A stretch of DNA of 58,892 nucleotides from a virus (IMGVR_UViG_3300007516_000020:1-58892); one strand, 5' to 3'; counted from the stretch's first letter, positions 22,476 through 31,997 are shown. Numbers and translations are program-made. The notes: generated by a model not told the origin, from the sequence alone.

Positions 22476-23327
22476 ATGATCATTGTGGACTTTTCACAGA
22501 TATCTTACGCTTGCATCCTCGATCACCTCGCTTCTACCAAGACAGTGAGCCCAGACATCAAACTGGTGCGATACATCATTTTGAATTCTCTCAGGTCACA
22601 TGTCAAGAGATTCAAAGCTGAGTATGGCGAAGTGGTCATTGCGTTTGATGATAAGTCCTATTGGCGAACAGACTACTTCCCCCACTATAAAGCCAACCGC
22701 AAAAAGAGCCGAGCGAAATCCCCCTTCGATTGGAATTCAATCTTCCTCTGTATGGATGCATTGAAGAAAGAACTTCGCGAAAATCTCATGTACAAAATCA
22801 TTCAGGTTGACAAATGTGAGGCGGACGATATCATTGGACTCTTGACACAGGTGAATGCCCCTAGTCAGAAGATTATGATTGTGTCGGGGGACAAGGACTT
22901 CAATCAACTCCAAACCAACTCCAATGTGCGCCAATATTCCCCATTGCTCAAGAAACAGATCATTGAGCAGTTTCCTCAAGCCTCACTTCGTCAATTGATT
23001 ATCCGCGGTGACACGAGTGATGGGGTACCCAACATCCTCTCACCGGATGATGTCTTCGTGAGTGGGGGCCGACAGAGGCCCATCATGGAGAAGAAGATTA
23101 TTACATGGATAAATACACCTGTTGAGATGTTTTGCACAAACGAAGAAATGCTCAGGAACTTCAGACGCAACGAGAAGTTGATTGATTTGAGGCAGATTCC
23201 TGCCGATATCAATACCAAGATTGCAGAGGCTTACGAGGGTGCCACCGCACATAGTCGTGGACATTTCTTGAAGTACCTCATTACCTCTGGATTGCGTGAA
23301 CTGACATCTTCGGTATCGGATTTCTAA
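22476..23327 (+). CDS. rnh: T4-type RNase H / 5'-3' exonuclease
   Basis: IVDFSQ, YWR..FPHYKANR, EADDII, SGDKDF.QL, GDTSDGVPNILS. Confidence 0.95.
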   Translation: MIIVDFSQISYACILDHLASTKTVSPDIKLVRYIILNSLRSHVKRFKAEYGEVVIAFDDKSYWRTDYFPHYKANRKKSRAKSPFDWNSIFLCMDALKKELRENLMYKIIQVDKCEADDIIGLLTQVNAPSQKIMIVSGDKDFNQLQTNSNVRQYSPLLKKQIIEQFPQASLRQLIIRGDTSDGVPNILSPDDVFVSGGRQRPIMEKKIITWINTPVEMFCTNEEMLRNFRRNEKLIDLRQIPADINTKIAEAYEGATAHSRGHFLKYLITSGLRELTSSVSDF

Positions 23328-23335
23328 CCAATGAG

Positions 23336-23920
23336 GTGACTATGAATTACTCAAGTGTTTTGTTCAATGAGATTTTCGCTGAATTTGATCTATGTAAGAA
23401 TCGCGAAACCCGCCTGGCCGTCCTGCAAAAGTACGGGCGGAATATCTGGTTCAAGGAATTCTTGAACTACGCATTCAATCCAAAGATCCAATTCGACATC
23501 TCTCAAATTCCTAACTACAAGCCAGCCGTCGAGCCAGCAGGGGTCTGCTATTCAAACCTCAGCAATGAGATGCGTAGGTTATATATCTTCATCGTCGGAC
23601 ACCCAAAGCGTACTGTCAAATTGCCAGCAGTGAAGGAAGCACGAATCCTCAATGCCTTACTCGGCGCAATCCACAAGGAAGAAGCCGAATTATTGGTCAA
23701 GTGTTTCAAGAAGGACCTGGAAATTCGCTACCTCACCGCACGACTCGTGAAAGAAGCTTTCCCTGGTCTTCCATTTGAATTGCCAGAACAGGTGGTTCAA
23801 AAGGATGAAGAAGTGAAGACGATCAAAAAGGATGAAGAAGTGAAGACGATCAAGAAGGATGAAGAAGTGAAGACGATCAAGATCAAAATCAAAACAACGG
23901 GCGCAACCGTAAAGGTGTAA
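23336..23920 (+). CDS. conserved T4-like hypothetical protein
   Basis: ORF after rnh; C-terminal VKEAFPGL and repeats. Confidence 0.75.
   Translation: MTMNYSSVLFNEIFAEFDLCKNRETRLAVLQKYGRNIWFKEFLNYAFNPKIQFDISQIPNYKPAVEPAGVCYSNLSNEMRRLYIFIVGHPKRTVKLPAVKEARILNALLGAIHKEEAELLVKCFKKDLEIRYLTARLVKEAFPGLPFELPEQVVQKDEEVKTIKKDEEVKTIKKDEEVKTIKIKIKTTGATVKV
23801..23881 (+). repeat. 27-bp in-frame tandem repeat x3 (KDEEVKTIK)
   Basis: aaggatgaagaagtgaagacgatcaa(a/g). Confidence 0.9.
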
Positions 23921-23922
23921 CT

Positions 23923-24108
23923 ATGGACACAGTTGAAGTGAAATTGTTAGTTGCTGATGATGGTACGCTGATCCTCAAGTACCCAAAGACTGAACCTCTT
24001 TGGAATATGGAAGGATACTATTTCCTTTCGTCGATGCCTGGATTCAATGGAGCTATGGCGAAGTTGAGTGATGAGCAGGTGGCAGAATACGGACTCGATT
24101 CAAAATGA
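23923..24108 (+). CDS. hypothetical protein
   Basis: ORF track, operon spacing. Confidence 0.6.
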   Translation: MDTVEVKLLVADDGTLILKYPKTEPLWNMEGYYFLSSMPGFNGAMAKLSDEQVAEYGLDSK

Positions 24109-24887
24109 AATCCTTTGCTGTAATCACCCCAACAATCGGCTCATTTCATCTGAGGCAGAATATCCTCTCGCTTCGTGGTCAAAACTGTACACACTATATT
24201 GTGGTGGATGGGAAGGAATACTTAGCAGAGGTAAATAAGATTCTCCTGGGTGTCGGTCTAACAGAGCAGGAGAAGATTATCTCCTTGGAACACAACATCG
24301 GTAAGGGGTGGTATGGACATCGGGTCTATGCGGCAGCATCGTTTCTGGTGAATGAAGATGTGCTATGTTACCTTGATGAAGATAACTATGTACAACCCAA
24401 TTTTATCAATGGGTTCCAAGAGGTCTTCGAAGATCCTAAATATGCATGGGCATACACGCTCAGGAACATCATCGGACCAAAGGGGCAGTATATTGGCCAG
24501 GATAATTGTGAAAGTTTAGGACACTGGCCAGTCTCATTTAGTGCTGACAGGAGAGAGCATATCGACACGGGTTGCTTTGCTGTGCCGCGGGATCTTGCTG
24601 TAAGGGTAGGTCATGCTTGGTACGCACAATGGGGTGCAGATCGACAATTCTTTGCCGCACTGAAAGCAGTCGCACCAGAATTTGGATGCACCACACAGCA
24701 CACACTGAATTATAGAATGGGCAGTGAGACAAATCGTGCAACGGTAGATATGTTTATAGATGGGAACAAACTCTCCGAACAAGCTTATGTAAGCGAAAGG
24801 TATTACCCTTGGCACGAACAAAGAAGCCCGAAAAAGCAACTCCCGACCCAGTGGACGTATCAAACCACACAGGCGAGACAACCATAA
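24105..24887 (+). CDS. GT-A (family 2-like) glycosyltransferase
   Basis: AVITPTIG, YIVVDG, CYLDED (DxD), WGADR. Confidence 0.85.
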   Translation: MKSFAVITPTIGSFHLRQNILSLRGQNCTHYIVVDGKEYLAEVNKILLGVGLTEQEKIISLEHNIGKGWYGHRVYAAASFLVNEDVLCYLDEDNYVQPNFINGFQEVFEDPKYAWAYTLRNIIGPKGQYIGQDNCESLGHWPVSFSADRREHIDTGCFAVPRDLAVRVGHAWYAQWGADRQFFAALKAVAPEFGCTTQHTLNYRMGSETNRATVDMFIDGNKLSEQAYVSERYYPWHEQRSPKKQLPTQWTYQTTQARQP

Positions 24888-25456
24888 TTCTACAAGAGCC
24901 CATGGCTGATGCAGATGTGGTTGGCCAAGGATTGTTGGGCCATCACACACATTTTCTTACAGGAGAAATCAGCTACGAGAATACCAACAGAGCGATTCAG
25001 TGGATTGTGTTTGAACACACGGCCGCAGATAGGCCTGATCATCTCACGATCTATATCAATTCGGGAGGAGGTGACTTGTACAACGCATTCGCCCTTGCAG
25101 ACATCATGAAGTTGTCGAAGATCCCTGTGTACACAGTAGGCATCGGAAACATCATGTCAGCCGCCGCGTTGATTTTTGCTTGTGGTGCCCCAGGACGTAG
25201 ATATATCGCTAAGCACACAGGTATTATGATGCATGAATTTTCTTCTGACATGGAAGGAAAAGAGCACGAACTCAAAGCAGGAATGGTCGAACTGGGTTAT
25301 TGCAGGGCCCGTGTCAACGATTTGTTGACCTCGCATTGTGGTATCACTGAGAAGAAGATCAAGCAGAAGTTGTTACAACCTTCCGACGTGTGGCTAACTG
25401 CGGAGGAGGCAATCAAGTACAGACTAGCCGATCAAATACTCACCCAAATCCTTTAG
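24809..25456 (+). CDS. clpP: ClpP-family serine protease subunit (start uncertain)
   Basis: IYINSGGG, IMSAAA (Ser), IMMHE (His), SDVWLTAEEA (Asp). Confidence 0.9.
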   Translation: MARTKKPEKATPDPVDVSNHTGETTIILQEPMADADVVGQGLLGHHTHFLTGEISYENTNRAIQWIVFEHTAADRPDHLTIYINSGGGDLYNAFALADIMKLSKIPVYTVGIGNIMSAAALIFACGAPGRRYIAKHTGIMMHEFSSDMEGKEHELKAGMVELGYCRARVNDLLTSHCGITEKKIKQKLLQPSDVWLTAEEAIKYRLADQILTQIL

Positions 25457-25465
25457 GAGGATACA

Positions 25466-25621
25466 ATGTTTCAGTCGAGACAGATAGAGAAGCCCACGAC
25501 CAAGACGAAATTCCGCAAGCAGCCAGAAGAAGAGATTACTGCCAAGCAGAGAAAAAAGCAGCAACAAAAGCAGATGTCACAGAAACGCAGCTTTGATATG
25601 TGGGAGGATGAAAATGAGTAG
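25466..25621 (+). CDS. 51-aa basic protein, not in ORF track
   Basis: AGGAGG RBS; manual translation MFQSRQIEKP... Confidence 0.55.
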   Translation: MFQSRQIEKPTTKTKFRKQPEEEITAKQRKKQQQKQMSQKRSFDMWEDENE

Positions 25622-25796
25622 CGATGAAGCTTTCGAAGCAATGATTCGTAATGCCAAGGACGAGCTGAAAGATGCAGAGTCTGGCGTGAAGCATAAGCGG
25701 GAGTGGTTGCGGGGCTTGGAAGATGAATACGCCCAGTCCAAGCGTCGAAAAGTCTCTGAAGAACACAAGGACACCCGGACCCTTCTCAATGACTAA
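25614..25796 (+). CDS. small coiled-coil hypothetical protein
   Basis: GGAGG RBS; part of ORF 25593..25796. Confidence 0.5.
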   Translation: MSSDEAFEAMIRNAKDELKDAESGVKHKREWLRGLEDEYAQSKRRKVSEEHKDTRTLLND

Positions 25797-26025
25797 TCCA
25801 GGAGTGTTGGTTGTGGATTGCAGGGGGCTTGAATGCCCCATGCCCATCCTACAAGTTCGCCTTGCCTTGAATGTCTCCAAGAAGGATGACATTCTAATCG
25901 TGTATGCTGATGACTCCACTTTTGAGAGTGAATTTGCCCGATTCTGCTACCTCGCGGACATCAAACTCCTCAATAAACACCACCGTGATACCTTCCAAGA
26001 GTATGAAGTTCAAGTTATCAAATAA
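25789..26025 (+). CDS. tusA: TusA/SirA-family sulfur carrier
   Basis: VDCRGLECPMPIL (CPxP), ILIVYADD, 78 aa. Confidence 0.85.
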   Translation: MTNPGVLVVDCRGLECPMPILQVRLALNVSKKDDILIVYADDSTFESEFARFCYLADIKLLNKHHRDTFQEYEVQVIK

Positions 26026-26043
26026 ATCAACAACTTACACACC

Positions 26044-26173
26044 AAAATAGTCCTTGCTTTTTCCTGTGGGTATGATATACTCATAGTATGGTTGTTTATA
26101 CCCAATACGCATTTGACGTTGTTGTACCGAAAAATAGTCCTTGCTTTTTCCTGTGGGTATGATATACTCATAG
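26044..26173 (+). repeat. duplicated 43-bp promoter block (26044-26086, 26131-26173)
   Basis: aaaatagtccTTGCTTtttcctgtgggtatgaTATACTcatag twice. Confidence 0.85.
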
Positions 26174-26197
26174 AGTGGTTAACATCACGGAGGACCA

Positions 26198-26386
26198 ATG
26201 GTAAAGAAGATTAGGAAGGCATCCAAGAAAGCTCAACATCCTGAGAAGGATACTGAGTTGCCCGAAGAAATCACCTTAGTTGAGGAGGGCGACGAATTAG
26301 ATTCTTTGTATAGCTTGTTCGGTGTGGGAGAGGATACTGATATCGGGGCAGTGATGGACGGCAGAGTAGAATCTGAAGAGTGGTAA
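26198..26386 (+). CDS. small protein, basic N-terminus and acidic C-terminus
   Basis: GGAGG RBS. Confidence 0.65.
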   Translation: MVKKIRKASKKAQHPEKDTELPEEITLVEEGDELDSLYSLFGVGEDTDIGAVMDGRVESEEW

Positions 26387-26408
26387 AGTAAACAATTTGG
26401 AGAACATA

Positions 26409-26621
26409 ATGACACAAACACAGCAAGGAACACGAGCGGTATTTTCGTCATGGCTGTCTACAAAAAAGAGCATGACATACACAAAATATTGTGGTTTACC
26501 AACAGACAAGAAGCTGGCAATTCAGAAGGAATATTCCGGCCGAGGAAGGGAGTCAAACCGTGAGCCTGGACAAAGCAATTCGACACAAGAAGGAACAGCG
26601 GGAGCCGTATCGAAAGTCTAA
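26409..26621 (+). CDS. hypothetical protein
   Basis: GGAG RBS. Confidence 0.55.
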   Translation: MTQTQQGTRAVFSSWLSTKKSMTYTKYCGLPTDKKLAIQKEYSGRGRESNREPGQSNSTQEGTAGAVSKV

Positions 26622-26748
26622 GTCATTCGATAGTAGTTGCCGCAATCATGGGCGTTGCTCATGGTGCGTAAGTAACAGAACGGTTCACGACCAAAAGGCC
26701 GAATCATCTGCCAATGAAAGAGGAGAATTAGATTATGTCGATGAATAA
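26560..26748 (+). CDS. conserved phage protein (SLDKAI...SCRNHGRCSWC)
   Basis: GGGAG RBS, GTG start, Cys/His motif. Confidence 0.6.
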   Translation: MSLDKAIRHKKEQREPYRKSKSFDSSCRNHGRCSWCVSNRTVHDQKAESSANERGELDYVDE

Positions 26749-26962
26749 GGAAATGCTTGCACCCAAGGAATTGACCTCCAAGGAACTCCAGGTGTTGGTC
26801 GATGAATATGTTGCCAACGGTGGCGTCATTACTCAGTGTGACCCGGGCGTGGCCCTCAATTTCAGGACTCCCGAAATCCCCAAGGTGAGCCGACCGAAGC
26901 ATCTCAGGAAACCTGTGAAGAAGACCAAAAAGCCTGTCAAGAAGACGAAAGCGAAGCGATAA
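26735..26962 (+). CDS. small basic hypothetical protein
   Basis: AGGAG RBS; Lys-rich tail. Confidence 0.6.
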   Translation: MSMNKEMLAPKELTSKELQVLVDEYVANGGVITQCDPGVALNFRTPEIPKVSRPKHLRKPVKKTKKPVKKTKAKR

Positions 26963-26979
26963 TAAAAGACTTGACAAGC

Positions 26980-27009
26980 TTGACAAGTCAGTCAGAATTG
27001 TGTTATAAT
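26980..27009 (+). promoter_or_regulatory. sigma70-type promoter
   Basis: TTGACA-18-TATAAT with TGn. Confidence 0.65.
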
Positions 27010-27014
27010 TCATC

Positions 27015-27344
27015 ATGGAGAATATTATGGTACGTGGTAAGAATAAGAAATCGGGACAGCCAGAAAAACTTTTGCTTGTGTTGTTGGATGGGCGGGAAGT
27101 TCCCGTTGGGGAAATCGAAGCCCTTCTCGGTTCACAAGTTGTGCTTGCTCGCCTCTCTACCTACTTTTGGGAACTCCGAAAGAAGTTTGGTGCCCAGATC
27201 AAGACTAACAGGGTAGGTCGTAAGATCGTGTCCCATCAGCTTATCAATGTCGATGAAATGACCACCTACGCAAGGGAACGCAAACTCATTGCTCCGTTGC
27301 CTGTCGTGCTGACCGCCGATGATCTCATGGTTGCCGCAGGGTAA
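27015..27344 (+). CDS. putative winged-helix DNA-binding protein
   Basis: helix pattern LSTYFWELRKK plus beta wing; start may be 27027. Confidence 0.55.
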   Translation: MENIMVRGKNKKSGQPEKLLLVLLDGREVPVGEIEALLGSQVVLARLSTYFWELRKKFGAQIKTNRVGRKIVSHQLINVDEMTTYARERKLIAPLPVVLTADDLMVAAG

Positions 27345-27346
27345 AT

Positions 27347-28006
27347 ATGGGACTGAGAATTGTCGCCCTCAGCGATACTCACGGGTATCATACTAGGCTC
27401 AAGGTTCCCGATGGAGATGTATTGATCCATGCGGGTGACTTTTCAATGCGAGCACAGCGAAGCCATGTCAGGGAGTTTGCTCATTGGTTCAAACAGCAAC
27501 CCCACAAGCACAAAATCATTGTGCCGGGCAACCATGATGTGGCGTGTGACGGGCATCGTCTTTGGGCAGCAGAGGAATTCAATCCAGTCCAATACTTGGA
27601 TCATGAGTCCTGTCTGATAGAAGGCTACACGGTGTTTGGTTCGCCATACACTTCTTCAATACAAGAGCCTTCGTATTGGTCCTTTGATTATCCTCGCTAT
27701 GGGGCCCAGGCAAAGCATTTGTGGGGAACGGTGCCTGATCATGTGGATATCCTCGTGACGCACGGCCCCCCACACAAAATCATGGATCGTGTGCCATGCG
27801 CTGCCCCTGGGGAAGATCCGAATGTAGGTGACCCCTATCTCATGAGTCGAATCGAACAGATTCTTCCGCGTGTTCATATTTTTGGACACATTCACGAGGG
27901 GTATGGTTCCTTCTCAACCCCGGGGTTGACAACAAAGTTCTACAATGTCTGTGTCTGTGATGGTTACTACACGCCATCTAATCCTATCACTGTTATTGAT
28001 CTATAA
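27347..28006 (+). CDS. metallophosphoesterase
   Basis: SDTHG, HAGD, GNHD, THGPP, FGHIHE. Confidence 0.9.
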   Translation: MGLRIVALSDTHGYHTRLKVPDGDVLIHAGDFSMRAQRSHVREFAHWFKQQPHKHKIIVPGNHDVACDGHRLWAAEEFNPVQYLDHESCLIEGYTVFGSPYTSSIQEPSYWSFDYPRYGAQAKHLWGTVPDHVDILVTHGPPHKIMDRVPCAAPGEDPNVGDPYLMSRIEQILPRVHIFGHIHEGYGSFSTPGLTTKFYNVCVCDGYYTPSNPITVIDL

Positions 28007-28015
28007 GGGGGTCCT

Positions 28016-28162
28016 ATGCCATTCTATGTTGTTGAGAATACTGAAACCAAGGTCGTGAGTGATCTTCCACAGATGTCTTTTGTGGAATTACAGAAGTTCC
28101 TCACCGACAATCCAACCTATTCGCACGTTATTACACCGCCCGCGTTCGTCAAGGTGAACTAA
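28016..28162 (+). CDS. 48-aa paralogue of next gene, not in ORF track
   Basis: MPFYVVENTET...MSFVELQKFLTDNP resembles next ORF. Confidence 0.55.
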   Translation: MPFYVVENTETKVVSDLPQMSFVELQKFLTDNPTYSHVITPPAFVKVN

Positions 28163-28422
28163 TGCGCTACGACATGAAGAACAAAGAGACAGGGGAAATT
28201 ACTGAGTCGGCAATGCCTTACGCTGATCTTGAAGGATTCTTGGTGAGCCACCCAGAACTTGAAGTGGTGTTTTTGTCCATGAACATCGGCGACCCTGTGA
28301 TCTTGGGTGTCCAGCGGCCGCCGGCGGATTTCACGAACCATGTACTCGCTCCAATCGAACGTCGTTACAATAGCGGCAAACAGCGCGAGACTCGATTCGG
28401 TCGCAAGGCCCAGCAACTATAA
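28162..28422 (+). CDS. conserved T4-like small protein (FmdB-like N-terminus)
   Basis: YDMKNKETGEI...FLVSHPEL; precedes exonuclease. Confidence 0.65.
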   Translation: MRYDMKNKETGEITESAMPYADLEGFLVSHPELEVVFLSMNIGDPVILGVQRPPADFTNHVLAPIERRYNSGKQRETRFGRKAQQL

Positions 28423-29105
28423 TGGAATTCAAGCACACTACCATCGCCGGGTTAGCCTATCAGTTACCTGCAAAGACCAGTATGACTGGGCGATGGTACA
28501 CCACACCCGAGGGTAAAAGCTATCCCTCTGCTTCATCCGTTGCTGGTCTTCTAAACCGTGATGCGATTGCAAAGTGGAGAGCTAAGGTGGGTGCTGAGGA
28601 AGCTGACAGGAAGACGAAGAAGGGTGCCGACCGCGGTACCTATATCCACCTTCTCTGTGAGCAATACCTCCTCAATACCATGACACTACAGACCCGCCTG
28701 GGTATGATGCCATTCATGAAGGAATTATTCCTCCAATTGAAGAAAGAATTCGACAAGCATATCACCGAAATTTACTGCATTGAACAGGCCCTCTACTCAG
28801 ATCGTTTGTGCATAGCAGGTCGGTGTGACGCTATCGTGATGTGGGATGAAATTCCTGTGGTCCTCGATATTAAGACCGCGGGGTATATCAAGCCCGAGGC
28901 GTGGATTCTCAACTACTTTGTTCAAACCACTGCCTATGCGGAGATGTTCGAAGAACGCACAGGAATTCAGATCAACCACGTTCTACTCGCCACGGCTGTT
29001 GAAGGTGAGATGTTTCCCACAATCACCCTGAAGAAGAAGGATGCCTATCTGCCCGTCCTGGATGATTGTATTGCGCGGTACTACTTGGAGCAAGACACAA
29101 AATGA
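28422..29105 (+). CDS. PD-(D/E)XK exonuclease
   Basis: YPSASSV, RGTYIH, IEQALYS, AGRCD, DIKT, QTTAYA. Confidence 0.88.
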   Translation: MEFKHTTIAGLAYQLPAKTSMTGRWYTTPEGKSYPSASSVAGLLNRDAIAKWRAKVGAEEADRKTKKGADRGTYIHLLCEQYLLNTMTLQTRLGMMPFMKELFLQLKKEFDKHITEIYCIEQALYSDRLCIAGRCDAIVMWDEIPVVLDIKTAGYIKPEAWILNYFVQTTAYAEMFEERTGIQINHVLLATAVEGEMFPTITLKKKDAYLPVLDDCIARYYLEQDTK

Positions 29106-29650
29106 AGAAATTTATGATTTTGCCATTCCTCTTCGCCCTACTACTTCCCCTCTTTCCTCTCTTGGAGATTGCAGAAGAGTTTGCCGAGTTGGTTGACCTT
29201 TCTCGTTCTGAGTATGTGATTCGTGACTTCAAGGTCGAACACACACTCCGTGAAGAGAGGTGTTTGACTGAAGCCATCTACTACGAGGCTGGAAACCAAT
29301 CAGAAATCGGCAAAGAAGCGGTAGCCCTGGTGATTATGAATCGTGTGGTCCAATCCAACAGACCCAACACAGTCTGTGGAGTGATTACCCAAGCACGCAC
29401 TGTCAATGATCGCAAGATTTGCCAATTCTCATTCTGGTGTGAGACGAAGTATAAGCCCAACAAAGTTCGTTGGGAAGAATCGAGAAATATCGCTCGTAGG
29501 TCATTGACAAATTACTGGAAACGTGATATCATATCACAATACGAAACGGCGACTTACTTTCACGCTGACTATGTAAAGCCAAAGTGGCACAAGCACAAGG
29601 AATACCTTGGCAAGATCGATAACCATTTATTCTATGGAGACAAACATTGA
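29102..29650 (+). CDS. SleB/CwlJ-type cell wall hydrolase with N-terminal signal/anchor
   Basis: CLTEAIYYEA, VIMNRV, CQFSFWC, FHADYVKPKW. Confidence 0.9.
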   Translation: MKKFMILPFLFALLLPLFPLLEIAEEFAELVDLSRSEYVIRDFKVEHTLREERCLTEAIYYEAGNQSEIGKEAVALVIMNRVVQSNRPNTVCGVITQARTVNDRKICQFSFWCETKYKPNKVRWEESRNIARRSLTNYWKRDIISQYETATYFHADYVKPKWHKHKEYLGKIDNHLFYGDKH

Positions 29651-29792
29651 GGACCGATCCTGAAAGCGTGACATACATGGTGGTGATCGCCGTCGGCGAT
29701 ATCGCCCTGGCTGTAACCTTCGTATTGTTAGTGTTGACCAAGACTGTGACGTTCGGCATTTCAATCTTCAACCTTATAATGGGAGAATAATC

Positions 29793-30062
29793 ATGGCAGA
29801 AAAAACAAATCCAGTTGCAAACTTGACAGAAGAACAGCGCACCATTCTGATGAAGACCTTCAAGGACTTCTCAGACAGCCATTTCCGCTCTGAGGCGGAG
29901 AGTGAATTTGTTCGTGAGTTGATCAAGAAGACCGCTGAGGACTTGACTATTCCCAAGAAGTTGATCGGCGTCATGGCGATGGTCTATCACAAGCAGAACT
30001 TCGATGAAGTGGTCGAAGAACATAAGCAGTTCGAACTGCTTTACAAGACCGTGGTCAAATAA
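29793..30062 (+). CDS. dsbA: T4 DsbA-like dsDNA-binding protein
   Basis: YHKQNF...ELLY; directly upstream of gp33. Confidence 0.75.
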   Translation: MAEKTNPVANLTEEQRTILMKTFKDFSDSHFRSEAESEFVRELIKKTAEDLTIPKKLIGVMAMVYHKQNFDEVVEEHKQFELLYKTVVK

Positions 30063-30295
30063 TGCCCACCAAAGATGAAATACGAAACTTCTCACTGATG
30101 TTGCGGGAATATGCTGAACGCAACAAACTGGGGTTGTGGGATGCCCTAAACCTTTATTGTGAGACATTCAATGTGGAGTCTGAAGTTGCTGCAAGTCAAC
30201 TATCACGTGATATCCTCGCAGACCTCACAATAGAGGTTAGTGATTTGAACCTTCTCAAAGAACGAGGCAAGAAATCGGGTCGTTTAGAATTCTAA
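30062..30295 (+). CDS. 33: late transcription coactivator gp33
   Basis: FS...DA...YCE..E.E....LNLL; synteny. Confidence 0.8.
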   Translation: MPTKDEIRNFSLMLREYAERNKLGLWDALNLYCETFNVESEVAASQLSRDILADLTIEVSDLNLLKERGKKSGRLEF

Positions 30296-30296
30296 T

Positions 30297-30938
30297 ATGC
30301 GATATACAGGTCCCATGACGGGCTATGAAACATGTGTGATGTACATGGCCCTCAAACATCATTTTGATCCCTCCTCCTCATACGATTTTTTCAAGTATGA
30401 GGGGAGGCTCCGCTGGCTTACCCCTCAGAAGTACGAACTGCGCCCCGACAAGTGGTTTTGTCATGGTCTCTCGAAATTATATCCCGATAACGCAACTTGC
30501 TTATTCTTTCTCGCCTCAAACTTCTTTGAGGGGAACACCACCTGGGTTCGCGACCTTCTAAGTGAGGAGTCAAAGATAATTTTCCAAGACAAACTCAAGA
30601 TCAAAGAATCACTTGAGTACGAAGTAACCCAGGATCTCAACATTGCTCTTGCTGGTCCTGACGGTACCCTTACGACCCAGGCACTCAAGGATGCTCTACG
30701 AGTGGTCAAGGGTCGGCATCCCACCTTGCTCACCGGAGCACTTCAGGGATCGATCCGCAAAGAAACACTCATCGTCCTCAATTCCTTGATAGGATTCCTA
30801 CCGGTTTGGGAAAAGAAAATCTCCGACACAATCCTCTTTCCACCCTTCAAACACAAGTGTGTGTCCTATGAACCTTTCCTCTGTATCGACAAAAAGAAAT
30901 TTCAACAATCCTTCAGAATGAGATTGACAAATACCTAA
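30297..30938 (+). CDS. 59: helicase loader gp59
   Basis: YMALKHHF, YDFFKYEG, ETLIVL; synteny. Confidence 0.88.
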   Translation: MRYTGPMTGYETCVMYMALKHHFDPSSSYDFFKYEGRLRWLTPQKYELRPDKWFCHGLSKLYPDNATCLFFLASNFFEGNTTWVRDLLSEESKIIFQDKLKIKESLEYEVTQDLNIALAGPDGTLTTQALKDALRVVKGRHPTLLTGALQGSIRKETLIVLNSLIGFLPVWEKKISDTILFPPFKHKCVSYEPFLCIDKKKFQQSFRMRLTNT

Positions 30939-30952
30939 ATATATGTTACAAT
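30924..30952 (+). promoter_or_regulatory. sigma70-type promoter for gene 32
   Basis: TTGACA-17-TACAAT with TGn. Confidence 0.65.
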
Positions 30953-31040
30953 GAATCCGTTATCCTGGATTTATTGATACACTAACGAATCCGTTATCCT
31001 GGATTCAATCTTTACACACTATCAACAGGAGGTTTAGTTT

Positions 31041-31931
31041 ATGCCCACACCTACAAGTTTTTCCGCCCTCAAGAGGTCACGCGGCTCGGTCGCGCAGTTG
31101 ACCCAAGCCATTCAGGCATCAACCCAAGCCAAGAAAGAAGATGAGCGTTTTTGGGAATTGTCGGTCGACAAGGCTGGCAATGGACATGCCGTTCTTCGTT
31201 TTCTTCCCGCTCCACCACAGGATGGAGAGGATGGCCTTCCGTGGATTCGTACTTACTCACATGGATTCAAGGGACCAGGCGGCTGGCTGATCGATTTGTG
31301 TTTGACCACTATCGATCAAAAGTGCCCAGTTTGTGAAGCCAACAGTCTGTTGTGGAACACTGGCATCGAAGCGAACAAGACCGTGGCCCGTGACCGCAAG
31401 CGTAAGTTGTCGTACACAGCGAACGTGTTGATTGTGGCAGATCCTTCCGCACCAGAGAACGAAGGTAAGGTGAAGCTGTTCAGGTTTGGTAAGAAGATTT
31501 TCGATAAGGTATTTGAGAAGATGCATCCAGACCCAGCGTTTGGAGAAACAGCAATCAACCCATTCGATTTGTGGGAAGGTGCAAACTTCAAGCTGAGAGC
31601 CCGTAAGGTTGCCGACTATCGCAACTACGATTCCAGCGAGTTTGCTGCACCAAGTCCAGTGAGTGGTGACGATGCGAAGTTGGAAGAGATTTGGAAGTCT
31701 GAATCCTCTTTGGCAGAGTTTACTGCACCAAAGAACTTCAAGTCCCACGAACAGACCAAGAACCGTCTTGGAAAGGTGTTGGGAACAAGTGTCTTGGCAG
31801 CAACCGCAGATCAAGCACCAGCACAGAACTTCGAAGATCCCGACAATGGGGTCAAAACGGTAGACGTGGGTGGAAGTGATGAAGAACCTGAAGATATGCA
31901 GTTCTTCGCAAAGTTGGCCGAAGACAACTAA
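31041..31931 (+). CDS. 32: ssDNA-binding protein gp32
   Basis: DKAGNG.AVLRFLP, HGFKGPGGW, CLTT..CPVC, FGKKIFDK, acidic tail. Confidence 0.97.
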   Translation: MPTPTSFSALKRSRGSVAQLTQAIQASTQAKKEDERFWELSVDKAGNGHAVLRFLPAPPQDGEDGLPWIRTYSHGFKGPGGWLIDLCLTTIDQKCPVCEANSLLWNTGIEANKTVARDRKRKLSYTANVLIVADPSAPENEGKVKLFRFGKKIFDKVFEKMHPDPAFGETAINPFDLWEGANFKLRARKVADYRNYDSSEFAAPSPVSGDDAKLEEIWKSESSLAEFTAPKNFKSHEQTKNRLGKVLGTSVLAATADQAPAQNFEDPDNGVKTVDVGGSDEEPEDMQFFAKLAEDN

Positions 31932-31953
31932 ATATCGGTTTGCAGTGTAGTTT

Positions 31954-31997
31954 GGGGTGCCATGAAGGTTTATAAACCTCTGTGGCACCCTTTTTTA
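31954..31997 (+). terminator. intrinsic terminator after gene 32
   Basis: gggtgcca/tggcaccc stem plus T-tract. Confidence 0.8.

Noticed and set aside
28422-29105. Cas4 / CRISPR adaptation gene
   Set aside because: Lacks the Fe-S cysteine cluster; matches the ordinary T4-like PD-(D/E)XK exonuclease in its usual position.
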